64,000 nucleotides of DNA, from the NCBI GenBank assembly GCA_001771575.1, contig MEUD01000001.1, forward strand, positions 991,277-1,055,276. The letters run 5' to 3'. Made by a program: the position numbers and the translations under genes. The notes below the pieces were generated by a model. It had not been told where the DNA came from, searched no databases, and saw only the letters and a list, made by a program, of their open reading frames with translations. Source of the stretch: a candidate division WOR-1 bacterium RIFOXYB2_FULL_45_9 (GTDB lineage: Bacteria > Margulisbacteria > WOR-1 > O2-12-FULL-45-9 > XYB2-FULL-48-7). Shown here piece after piece: positions 10,692 to 19,597 of the stretch; within the stretch, counting starts at the first letter, position 1, and the number at the start of each line of letters is the position of its first letter.

Positions 10692-11639
10692 ATGATTCAC
10701 AACACAAGACCGGTACATTCAAGGATAACAACTACTTTCACGCCGAGGACCAACCAGCTGGCCGCCCTGCTTCGGACAATGGTCCGTTCGCTCGGCTTTG
10801 TCGGCGGGCTCGGTTTGCTCAACGCCGCTTGCGGTGGAGGGTCTGACGGCCCCACCGGTCTTGAGATCGCCAAAGAAGGGATCGACGCCGGTTCATTCAG
10901 CACTTTCGACGGGGGACGGGCCGATGCTCTCCCCGATGCCATCGCTCAACCGGAAGCCTCTCAAACAGACGCCGTCTCCGAAGAAGTCAAACAAGACCCG
11001 CCGGTCGGCATCCTCGCCCAGTCCGGCTGGCTCTATGTCCCGGCCGAGCAGATCGGCAAAACGGTTTTTGTGACCGCCAACTTCGCTCTCCAGGCCCCAG
11101 ACGGCACCCCAATGATCATCCCTGGGATCCAGAACGCCAAAAAAGTCGTGGTTGAATTTGTCACCGACTCGACCGAACTCCCAAATCTTTACGACGACCC
11201 GATGCGGGCGCCAAACGCCGCTTATCCCTGCGTTCCCGGAGTCTGCAACCTGGCGCTCGACGGCAGCGGCCAATATTTGATAAAATCGGTCCCGGCCAAT
11301 GAGCTTGGCGATATTATCACTCCATTATATTTAACGATGTTCAAAGCGGTTTCCAAGATCTCCAACAACGGCCAGGCCGTGGCGCCGCAGGAATCCCCTT
11401 TCGACCTGGAAACTTCTCCCAACATGGTCGGATCAGCGTGCGAACTGCCGGCTGAACTGACCAACATGGAAGCCGGGACCGCCTATTCCGCGCCGGCCTC
11501 TGTTGTGCTCAACCCCGACTTTTATCTTTCCGGCTCCATGCAGTGGGAAGGAGAGGCCCAGTTCGGCGTCAATACCGAGGGGGTCGCCTACTCCGGATAT
11601 GGTTTTAACGTAAAATTCATTGTAAGGGTGGTGGAGTAA
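10692..11639 (+). CDS. Secreted / probable lipoprotein, hypothetical
   Basis: Strong RBS AGGAGG upstream. Hydrophobic stretch ending 'LLNAAC GGGSDG' (lipobox-like Cys). Ends 5 nt before the next gene. An alternative ATG start lies at 10779. Confidence 0.6.
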   Translation: MIHNTRPVHSRITTTFTPRTNQLAALLRTMVRSLGFVGGLGLLNAACGGGSDGPTGLEIAKEGIDAGSFSTFDGGRADALPDAIAQPEASQTDAVSEEVKQDPPVGILAQSGWLYVPAEQIGKTVFVTANFALQAPDGTPMIIPGIQNAKKVVVEFVTDSTELPNLYDDPMRAPNAAYPCVPGVCNLALDGSGQYLIKSVPANELGDIITPLYLTMFKAVSKISNNGQAVAPQESPFDLETSPNMVGSACELPAELTNMEAGTAYSAPASVVLNPDFYLSGSMQWEGEAQFGVNTEGVAYSGYGFNVKFIVRVVE

Positions 11640-11643
11640 AAAC

Positions 11644-14600
11644 ATGAAAAGCATCAAAAAAGCGGTCTGGACAATTTTCTTGATTTTCGGCTTGGTCACG
11701 CTAGGCAGTGCCTTTGCCGCGGCCGACGCCGTCATTATCCCGTCCAAGAGCGCGGTCAATCCGATCCACCAGACCCTCTACGTTCCAGACAACACGACTT
11801 CACCCGCCCGGATCAGGGTCTATTCTTATAACGGCTCAAGCTGGAACACCACCCCGACCAATATCACTCCAGCCGGGATATTGACCACCGCCAAGATCTA
11901 CGGCCTGACCGTTTCTGAAGACGGCTCTTCCCTTTTTGTTTCGATCAACGACCTGCGCCAATCGCGCGTCAGGATATACGCCCTTACCAGTGGCACACCC
12001 GGCACTTACCAGGACGCCACCTGGGCCAGAGACGGCTCCGGCAACCTGACCGAAGGGGATGCCTCGATCGCCGGTATGGCGGTCCAGGGAGACATGCTCT
12101 ATGTCGCCGACATGAACCTCGGCAGGATCCACTATTTTAAGAAAACTAACGGGACCTGGGCCCATAATGGCGACATTACCGGCGGCCTTTCAGTTTTGGG
12201 CCCGTATTTCGACGTCGCCGTTTCCGCTCCCGAAGCCAACGGCAATTACTCGATCTTTGTCACTAGAAAAAGCAACACATCAGCAAAAGAGCTTTTGGTT
12301 TACCGCTATGAGAGCGGCGCGGTCGTCAATACGCTCAAGACCTCTTTCGACCTGCAGGTCCCAACCTATCTTAAAATCGCCGGCGGCAAGCTCTGCATCG
12401 CCCTCAACGGGACAGACGGCGATGTCAAGATCTATACCATTAGCTCCACTTCCCCTTACCTGACCGAAAAAGCGACGATCTCCAACCCATCGGGGGTCAC
12501 CGCCAACTACGGCTGGAACGGGCTCGATGTCACGCCCGATAACAGTTACCTTTATTATATCCAGGCCCAGAACGCCAATGAAACATCAACCAAGATGTAT
12601 AAAGTTTACCTGCCAAGCGCCAATGGCGCGATCACCGCGCTCAACGTCAACAGCTACACGACCACCAGCAAGTATGACGGCCTGGCGATCTCTCCCGACC
12701 GCCTCCGGCTCGCCACCTCCTACAGCGGCGACGGCACCATCAAACAGTTTGACCTTAACGGCGATCTGGGGAATAGCGGAGCGATCGCCCCTGTCGTCAC
12801 TTCCATCACGCCGACCTCCGCCAACTGGGGGGAATCAAAAGCAGTGGTGATCAAAGGGGAACACTTCCTGGCTACTACCACTGTTTTTCTGGTAAACGGC
12901 ACCGAACATCAAATCTCGGCGCCTGTGGTTGTTTCTCCAACCACCATCAACGCAACGATTGACACAAATTTATTTGTCAATGAAACCAAGACCTATGCTC
13001 TGCGGCTCAAGAACGGGACTTCGCAGAACGATCTGCTTAGCGCTTTCACTATTAATAAGACCAACCAGGCCCCTATCGCTCCAACCGCCTCTGGTTTAAG
13101 CCAAAAGGTCGGCGGCCAAACGCTGGCTTTCGGCGGAAAGACCAACGCGGCATCAATCACCTTTGGGATGAAAATGTCCGATCCCAACAATCCGGACACC
13201 CTGACCCCGCAGACCAATATTGGCGGGGGAAGCTGGGTTTCCGGAACAGCGGTCTCTTACACCGGCACTGAAGTTAACGGCTCGGTAACCGTTGATATTA
13301 GCGGTTATGCCGATGGAAGCTACAACTGGAGCGCCCGGGTCAAAGACGCGGCCAATACCTACAGCAGCGCGACAGCCCCTACTTCCAACCCTGACTTTAT
13401 CATCGACCGGACGCCGCCCAAGGTCAGCTCCACCACCCCGGCCGAAGGGAGCGCCACCGCCGCCCCCAGCACCACCATTAAAATAGTTTTCAACGAAGCG
13501 ATGAAGACCTCGGTTTTCAACGGCGCCGCCGCCGTAGTCAAGATCGGCACCACCGTCATCGCGCACACCGAAAGCTACGACAACGCGACCAACACTTTGA
13601 CCATCACCCCAAGCTCGCCCGGCCTCCCGCCCGGCTCCGCGGTTAAAGTTTCGCTCTACAACAACAGCCAAAACCAGGCGATCGCCGACATCACCGGCAA
13701 CACTCTTGACGGCGACAAAGACGGGGTCAGCGAAGGGTACCCGACCGACGAGTTCAAGCTGAACTTCACTGTCGCCGGGACCAATTCCGCCCCGAATGCT
13801 TTCGACAAGATCTCTCCAACCAACGCGTCGATCCTTTACACCCTCTCCCCGACCCTGACCTGGGAAAACAATGGGGACCCTGACGCCGGAGATTATATCG
13901 ATCACTATATCGTGACGATCAAGAACAACAATACTCAAGTCACCACCGATTACACGGTGGCGGGAACCGAATCATCTTTCCCCACGCCGCTTCTTTCGGT
14001 TTCAAACACCTACTCCTGGCATGTGGCCGCTTTCGATAAATGGGGAGCCTCTTATGACTCGCAACCGTGGTGGTATTTCTCAATCCTTCCGGTCCCGACC
14101 CCGACTATTGACGCCAACGGGGTCAACCCGAATTCGGGCGAGCGGGGCCAAACGCTTAACGTGGAGATCACCGGGACCGGCTTCTACGACCAGACCGCGG
14201 TCTCCTTCAGCGGGACCGGCATCACCGTAAATTCAACCACCTATAACAGCGCGACAAAGGTCACGGCCAATATTTCAATCTCCAGTAGCGCCGCTCTCGG
14301 AGCTGGTGACGTGACCGTCACCAACCCGGGCAAAACACCGGCGACCCTGTCCGGCGCCTTTACCGTCACCGACCTGGTACCGACCCCGACCATCGACTTT
14401 AACGGGGTCAATCCAAATTCCGGTCAGCAGGGCCAAACGCTCAACGTAATTATTACCGGAACCGGATTTATCAGTTCAACCGATGTCGTTTTTAGCGGAA
14501 TGATCAAAGACATCGATGTTAACTCGATCACGGTCAACAGCGCGACCCAGCTTACCGCCAATATCAGCATTATGGGAACGGCGGCCACTACTTTCCGGAA

Positions 14601-16521
14601 CGTCACGGTCACCAACCCTGGTAAAACACCGGCGACCCTGGTCAATGGGTTCAAGGTTGAACCGGCGACCCTGGCGCCAACCATCAAGAGCATCACACCA
14701 GACAGCGCCCTGCAAGGGGAGACCGTTAAAGTCACAATTATTGGCGACAACTTTGAGCCGGGAGCGACCGTCCGTTTGACCAGGCTTTTCCAAACCCCGA
14801 TCAATGGAGGCAAGCTCATTTTTGTTTCCAACAAAGAGATTACCTGTGAGTTCCCGATCCCGGCTCTCGCCTCAACCGGACAATGGAATGTTGAGATCAT
14901 TCAAGGGACCGATAGCGCGGTTTTGACTAATGGTTTTACTATTATTTCATCTTCAACGATCGTCCCGACCGTCACCTCGATCGACCCCAACAACGGGGTC
15001 CAGGGAGAAACGGTCAACATCGTCAACGTCGTCGGGACAAACTTTGTGACCGGCGCGACCGTTAAGCTCTCGTTGAGCGGCCAGCCCGACATCAACGCGA
15101 CCAATGTTACCGTATTCGACAGCTCGCACATCACTTGCCGCTTCCCTCTGCCGCTCGGGGCAATGCTCGGCAAGTGGGACGTCACCGTCACCAACCCAAG
15201 CACCCTCTCCGGCACCCTACTGCAGGGTTTTGAGATCTTCGCGGCGCCGGGAACCGCTCCGGTCATCACCAGCATCACGCCTAACACCGGCAAACTGGGA
15301 GAGACCGTCGCCATTACCAATCTGGCCGGATCAAACTTCCTGAATGGCGCGACCGTTAAGATCGCCAAGACCGGTGAAACACCGATTGACGCGACCGGGG
15401 TCACCGTGATCAGCTCAAACCAGATCACCTGCTTCATTCCGCTTGCCGCGACTACCGTAACCGGCTCCTGGACCGTCATGGTCACCAATCCGGACACCCA
15501 GACCGGACAACTGACCGACGGGTTTAGCGTTACGTCGAGCGAAACCGACCCGGTCACCATTATTAATATTACCCGAGACGGTGACTCGCCCGGTTCGGGA
15601 ATCACTATAACCTGGACTACTGATCCTGCTAATATCGGAGTTGATGTTTACGCACTGACCTGCGCTATCGATCAACCATCAGCCAGCTACACATCGTACT
15701 TCACTACCGAAGCGACTAAGTGGAGCAAGGTCGCCGACAATCTGACCAGCGGAACATACCAGATCCCGAATTTAGTCGGGACCGGCAACGCGATTTACTA
15801 TAAGCTGATCGCTCACAACGCGACCCTGCAAGACAGCGACCTGCTGGCCAATGTTGTTGGAAAATTCGATCTGATCGTCGGACCGTCCGACACGCAACCA
15901 GACAAGTTCTTTGTTTCCCTGCCACTTGAGCCGATCGCTCCCAAAACCAATTCGGTCACCGATCTTTTCGGCAGCCAGGTTGGCGAGGGAGATGGGCTCT
16001 TGATCTTCAACATGAACAAAGACGTTACCTATGGCTCGCTCTATCAAGGCGGCGTTTGGGCCGCATTCCCGGGCGTACCAGCGATCAACAATTTGGCCGC
16101 CGGCCGGGCCTACGGATTCTTGACGCTGGCTGAAAAATACATCACCATTGTCGGTAAAGTGCCAACCGCGCCGACCAACGATCTGTCGCTGGCAGGTGGC
16201 TGGGACAGTGTTAAAGACCAGGCAGCGATTGCCGAATGGATTGGTAATGCTTATCCGACACCGATAAATATGGCTGTGTCCGGTTTGACCAGCGCCACTT
16301 CCATTGGCGATTCCCCTCTCAACGGCGGAACCGCATACCAGTTCAATGCCAACGCCGATCTGATGAACGGGGTTGACGGAATGGCGGTCAACACGACCGG
16401 TGGCTGGGTCAACGCGACGCTTAGCGCACCGGCCATGCTGCAGCTTGTCCCGGGTAAGGGCTATATGCTGAACGAACCGGTTAAACAGTCATTTAACTGG
16501 TCCCAGCCTAAGCCCTACTAA
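11644..16521 (+). CDS. Giant secreted surface protein: signal peptide, beta-propeller-like N-domain, at least 8 IPT/TIG-like Ig repeats, and a C-terminal module shared with the 45.4-57.3 kb paralog family
   Basis: Signal peptide 'MKSIKKAVWTIFLIFGLVTLGSAFA'. Repeats of the form 'P.I.SI.P..G..G.TV.I.G..F..GATV'. C-terminal 'YYKLIAHNA...VGKFDLIV...FVSLPLEPI'. Confidence 0.8.
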   Translation: MKSIKKAVWTIFLIFGLVTLGSAFAAADAVIIPSKSAVNPIHQTLYVPDNTTSPARIRVYSYNGSSWNTTPTNITPAGILTTAKIYGLTVSEDGSSLFVSINDLRQSRVRIYALTSGTPGTYQDATWARDGSGNLTEGDASIAGMAVQGDMLYVADMNLGRIHYFKKTNGTWAHNGDITGGLSVLGPYFDVAVSAPEANGNYSIFVTRKSNTSAKELLVYRYESGAVVNTLKTSFDLQVPTYLKIAGGKLCIALNGTDGDVKIYTISSTSPYLTEKATISNPSGVTANYGWNGLDVTPDNSYLYYIQAQNANETSTKMYKVYLPSANGAITALNVNSYTTTSKYDGLAISPDRLRLATSYSGDGTIKQFDLNGDLGNSGAIAPVVTSITPTSANWGESKAVVIKGEHFLATTTVFLVNGTEHQISAPVVVSPTTINATIDTNLFVNETKTYALRLKNGTSQNDLLSAFTINKTNQAPIAPTASGLSQKVGGQTLAFGGKTNAASITFGMKMSDPNNPDTLTPQTNIGGGSWVSGTAVSYTGTEVNGSVTVDISGYADGSYNWSARVKDAANTYSSATAPTSNPDFIIDRTPPKVSSTTPAEGSATAAPSTTIKIVFNEAMKTSVFNGAAAVVKIGTTVIAHTESYDNATNTLTITPSSPGLPPGSAVKVSLYNNSQNQAIADITGNTLDGDKDGVSEGYPTDEFKLNFTVAGTNSAPNAFDKISPTNASILYTLSPTLTWENNGDPDAGDYIDHYIVTIKNNNTQVTTDYTVAGTESSFPTPLLSVSNTYSWHVAAFDKWGASYDSQPWWYFSILPVPTPTIDANGVNPNSGERGQTLNVEITGTGFYDQTAVSFSGTGITVNSTTYNSATKVTANISISSSAALGAGDVTVTNPGKTPATLSGAFTVTDLVPTPTIDFNGVNPNSGQQGQTLNVIITGTGFISSTDVVFSGMIKDIDVNSITVNSATQLTANISIMGTAATTFRNVTVTNPGKTPATLVNGFKVEPATLAPTIKSITPDSALQGETVKVTIIGDNFEPGATVRLTRLFQTPINGGKLIFVSNKEITCEFPIPALASTGQWNVEIIQGTDSAVLTNGFTIISSSTIVPTVTSIDPNNGVQGETVNIVNVVGTNFVTGATVKLSLSGQPDINATNVTVFDSSHITCRFPLPLGAMLGKWDVTVTNPSTLSGTLLQGFEIFAAPGTAPVITSITPNTGKLGETVAITNLAGSNFLNGATVKIAKTGETPIDATGVTVISSNQITCFIPLAATTVTGSWTVMVTNPDTQTGQLTDGFSVTSSETDPVTIINITRDGDSPGSGITITWTTDPANIGVDVYALTCAIDQPSASYTSYFTTEATKWSKVADNLTSGTYQIPNLVGTGNAIYYKLIAHNATLQDSDLLANVVGKFDLIVGPSDTQPDKFFVSLPLEPIAPKTNSVTDLFGSQVGEGDGLLIFNMNKDVTYGSLYQGGVWAAFPGVPAINNLAAGRAYGFLTLAEKYITIVGKVPTAPTNDLSLAGGWDSVKDQAAIAEWIGNAYPTPINMAVSGLTSATSIGDSPLNGGTAYQFNANADLMNGVDGMAVNTTGGWVNATLSAPAMLQLVPGKGYMLNEPVKQSFNWSQPKPY

Positions 16522-16539
16522 AATAGGAGGAATCATTAA

Positions 16540-19500
16540 ATGATCAAAAAAGTGAAGTCTTTTAAAAAATTGTTGCTTACCCTCCTAGCGGTGACACTAT
16601 TGACTGGGGCGGCTAACGCTTTGGCGGTAACTGTCTCTTGCAACGGCACCAATAGCCCGGCGAACCAAATTTATAACAGCACAGGGATCGGAGGAACGCT
16701 CCTTTCTGCCAGCAAATTCGTGCAAATCATTCAGTCCACCGACACTACTCCTGGCGCACCGGACCCAGCAACCGGCATTCCGGCTGGTGATTCAGTAGCA
16801 TCGACTGGAACCCTAGCTACCGCTGGTAATTTTTCAGCCAGTGTCAACATCACCACTAGCAACCATGTTTACATCCGAGCTTGGGAAACCTGGAACGGAA
16901 CCGGAACACCAACTGGCAAATATGGCACTTCCGAGTTAAAAAACGTCGGTACGGGTTTTACCTATACATTTAAACCGGCAAGTTTCGCGACCACTATTGA
17001 CATGCCGGTTCAAGCGACCCTTACTACCATCGCTCCCAACAGCCGCGGCCAGGGAGCACAGAGCCAAAGCCTGACTTTGACCGGTTCCAACTTCCAGAGC
17101 GGCGCCACCGTTCAGATCAGCGGCAGCGGGATCACCATTAATTCAACGACCGTCAACACCGCGACCCAGATTACGATCAACGTCAACATTGACACGGCCG
17201 CCGCCACTGGCGCCCGCAATGTCACCGTCACCAATCCGAGCGCAGAGGCCAGCAACACGGCCACGTTTACCATTAACGCCGGCCCTTTGGCGACCTCGGC
17301 CAATCCGGCCACCGCGGACCAGGGCTTTACCGGCAATGTCGTCCTGACCGGGACCAACTTCCACAGCGGAGCCTGGGCCGCCACCAACGCCGTTTTCAGC
17401 GGCAGCGGGATCACCGTCAATTCTGTCACTTTCAATAGCGCGACCCAATTAACCGTCAACGTCGCCATCGCCGCCGGAGCAACCGCCGGCGCGCGGACAG
17501 TCACTCTGACCAACCCCGATGACGCCGGTATCTTGACCAGCAGCGCGATTTTAACTATTAATACTGTTTCCACCGCTCCGACCATCACCAGGCTGGAGCA
17601 AACCAGCGCCCCCGGTGTGCCGATCACTTCGGCCAGCATCGGCGATGGTATTTCGATTATCGGTTCTAATTTCGGAGCAACTCAAGGAACCAGCACGATC
17701 GCGATTAACGGCACCGCTGTTACCGCATTTTACTACTGGAGCGCGGGCAAGATCGATATCGCGGTTCCAACCGGGGCAACTTCCGGCAACGTGGTCGTCA
17801 CTGTTAATAGCGTCGCCAGTAACGGGCAACCTTTGACGATCAACAGCGCTCCTCCGGCGCTTAGCGTCTCCACCAACAGTCTCCCCAACGGGACCGTCGG
17901 TGTCACTTTCAATCAAACCTTGCAAGCGTCCGGCGGCACTGCTCCTTACACCTCATGGGCAATTACTGTTGGTTCATTACCAGCCGGTCTGTCGCTCAAC
18001 ACTTCAACCGGAATGATTTCGGGAACGCCGACCACCGCTCAAACAGCTAACTTCACGGTCCAGGTAACCGATTCAGCCGCCATGACGGCAATCAAGGCGC
18101 TCTCGATCGTAATCGATCCGGCGGGGGTTGTAACCAATCCAAACATCTCCGGCATTAACCCGGCGACCGCTTATCTTGGCCAATCCATTATCATTAGCGG
18201 CGCTAACTTTGGCGCCAGCAAAGGGGCCAGCACCGTCTCGATCGGCGGCGTCAGCGCTCTCCCCGCCACCTGGAGCGACACTTCAATTTCCGTCGCAGTT
18301 CCTTCAGGTGTCGCCAGCGGAGCGGCCCAGGTCGTGGTCTCCGTCGCCGGCAAGACCGGCTCCAGCTCAATTTCAGTCGACACCAGCCGGACCTACCTCG
18401 AAGATTTTGAGGGAGGGTGCGTCGGCAACTGGACCATCGATAATAATAGCGACGGCAACCCGGATTCCGGCTACTACGCCTTTGGTACCGGGGTTGACCC
18501 AAATAACAGCACCATTACCGCCAACGGCCCGCAAGCCGAAGCGGCCAAAGAAGGGGCCAGGGGGATGAAGATCAAATACTCCTATACCTCTGATTGGGGC
18601 GGCGGCTGGGGAGCGGCTCTCGCTAACCAAATCAACCTCTCCAGCGCGGACAAGATCAATCTCTACGTCAAATGGGACGGCTCCAGCAACGACGTGAAAA
18701 TCGGCCTCAAAGATGCCGACGGAACTTCGTTTGCCGCTTCCGTCACCAACGCAACCCTGGCCGCCCTTTCGGGATACGGACAGGTTAGCCTTGACAAATC
18801 AAGCTTTGCTTACGACAAAGACGGCAGTGACACCGGCGCCGACGCCAGCTTCGACTGGACCAAGGTCGGAAGCTACAACCTTGTTTACACAACCAAGGGG
18901 ACAACCGCCAACTATCAATATATCGACAGCATTTTCGCGTCGACCGGGAGCACCCCGCCGCCGCCTCCACCTCCGCCAACCGGGGACGAGCCGGTCATCA
19001 CCGCGATCGATCCTGTCATCGGCCCGGCCGGGACCAAGATGACGATCACCGGTTACAACTTTAGGGACAAAGATACCAGCACCACCCGGAAGGTCCAATT
19101 TATCTCGGCCGCCAACGTCATCGTTGAAGCATCAATTATCAGCTGGGAAAGCACCCGGATCGTCCTGACCGTCCCTGCCGCTCTGGGGACCGGAGCCTAC
19201 GACGTCAAAGTCCTGGTTGAGTTCCCGTCAGCCTCTGACCCGAGCATTATCCGGTCGTTCTATTCCAACCCGGCCGCCTTCACCGTCACCGCAACCGCTC
19301 CCCCTCCGGGAACGATCATCGCCTACCCGACACCGTTCAATCCAAACAGCGGCAACCCGCTCAAGGTTGAGTTCGACCCGGGAAGCGCGACCAACATTGG
19401 GGTCTACCTGTTCGACATGACCGCCAAACTGGTCAAACGGGACAACATCTCCGTCGGCCAGTTTACCTGGGACGGCAGAGACACCTACGGCATGCCGGTC

Positions 19501-19587
19501 GGGGACGGGGTCTTCCTGGTCCGGATAGTCAACAACGAGAATCAGAGCCTGATCGCCAAAGGCAAAATCCTCGTCGTCAAGAAGTAA
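16540..19587 (+). CDS. Secreted TIG/Ig-repeat protein with C-terminal FlgD-Ig / T9SS-CTD-like beta-sandwich (cargo 1)
   Basis: Signal peptide 'MIKKVKSFKKLLLTLLAVTLLTGAANA'. IPT/TIG-like repeats. A PPPPPPPP linker. C-terminal 'AYPTPFNPNSGNPLKVEF...GVYLFDMTAKLV...FTWDGRDTYGMPVGDGVFLVRIV...KGKILVVKK'. Confidence 0.8.
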   Translation: MIKKVKSFKKLLLTLLAVTLLTGAANALAVTVSCNGTNSPANQIYNSTGIGGTLLSASKFVQIIQSTDTTPGAPDPATGIPAGDSVASTGTLATAGNFSASVNITTSNHVYIRAWETWNGTGTPTGKYGTSELKNVGTGFTYTFKPASFATTIDMPVQATLTTIAPNSRGQGAQSQSLTLTGSNFQSGATVQISGSGITINSTTVNTATQITINVNIDTAAATGARNVTVTNPSAEASNTATFTINAGPLATSANPATADQGFTGNVVLTGTNFHSGAWAATNAVFSGSGITVNSVTFNSATQLTVNVAIAAGATAGARTVTLTNPDDAGILTSSAILTINTVSTAPTITRLEQTSAPGVPITSASIGDGISIIGSNFGATQGTSTIAINGTAVTAFYYWSAGKIDIAVPTGATSGNVVVTVNSVASNGQPLTINSAPPALSVSTNSLPNGTVGVTFNQTLQASGGTAPYTSWAITVGSLPAGLSLNTSTGMISGTPTTAQTANFTVQVTDSAAMTAIKALSIVIDPAGVVTNPNISGINPATAYLGQSIIISGANFGASKGASTVSIGGVSALPATWSDTSISVAVPSGVASGAAQVVVSVAGKTGSSSISVDTSRTYLEDFEGGCVGNWTIDNNSDGNPDSGYYAFGTGVDPNNSTITANGPQAEAAKEGARGMKIKYSYTSDWGGGWGAALANQINLSSADKINLYVKWDGSSNDVKIGLKDADGTSFAASVTNATLAALSGYGQVSLDKSSFAYDKDGSDTGADASFDWTKVGSYNLVYTTKGTTANYQYIDSIFASTGSTPPPPPPPPTGDEPVITAIDPVIGPAGTKMTITGYNFRDKDTSTTRKVQFISAANVIVEASIISWESTRIVLTVPAALGTGAYDVKVLVEFPSASDPSIIRSFYSNPAAFTVTATAPPPGTIIAYPTPFNPNSGNPLKVEFDPGSATNIGVYLFDMTAKLVKRDNISVGQFTWDGRDTYGMPVGDGVFLVRIVNNENQSLIAKGKILVVKK

Positions 19588-19597
19588 AGGAGAAGCC

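Noticed and set aside
13153-13938. 261-aa Gly/Arg-rich antisense ORF inside the giant surface-protein gene
   Set aside because: Low-complexity translation of the GC-rich opposite strand. The sense strand encodes Ig repeats.
17112-17639. 175-aa antisense ORF inside cargo gene 1
   Set aside because: The sense-strand TIG repeats are well supported. The antisense product is low-complexity Ala/Val/Leu.
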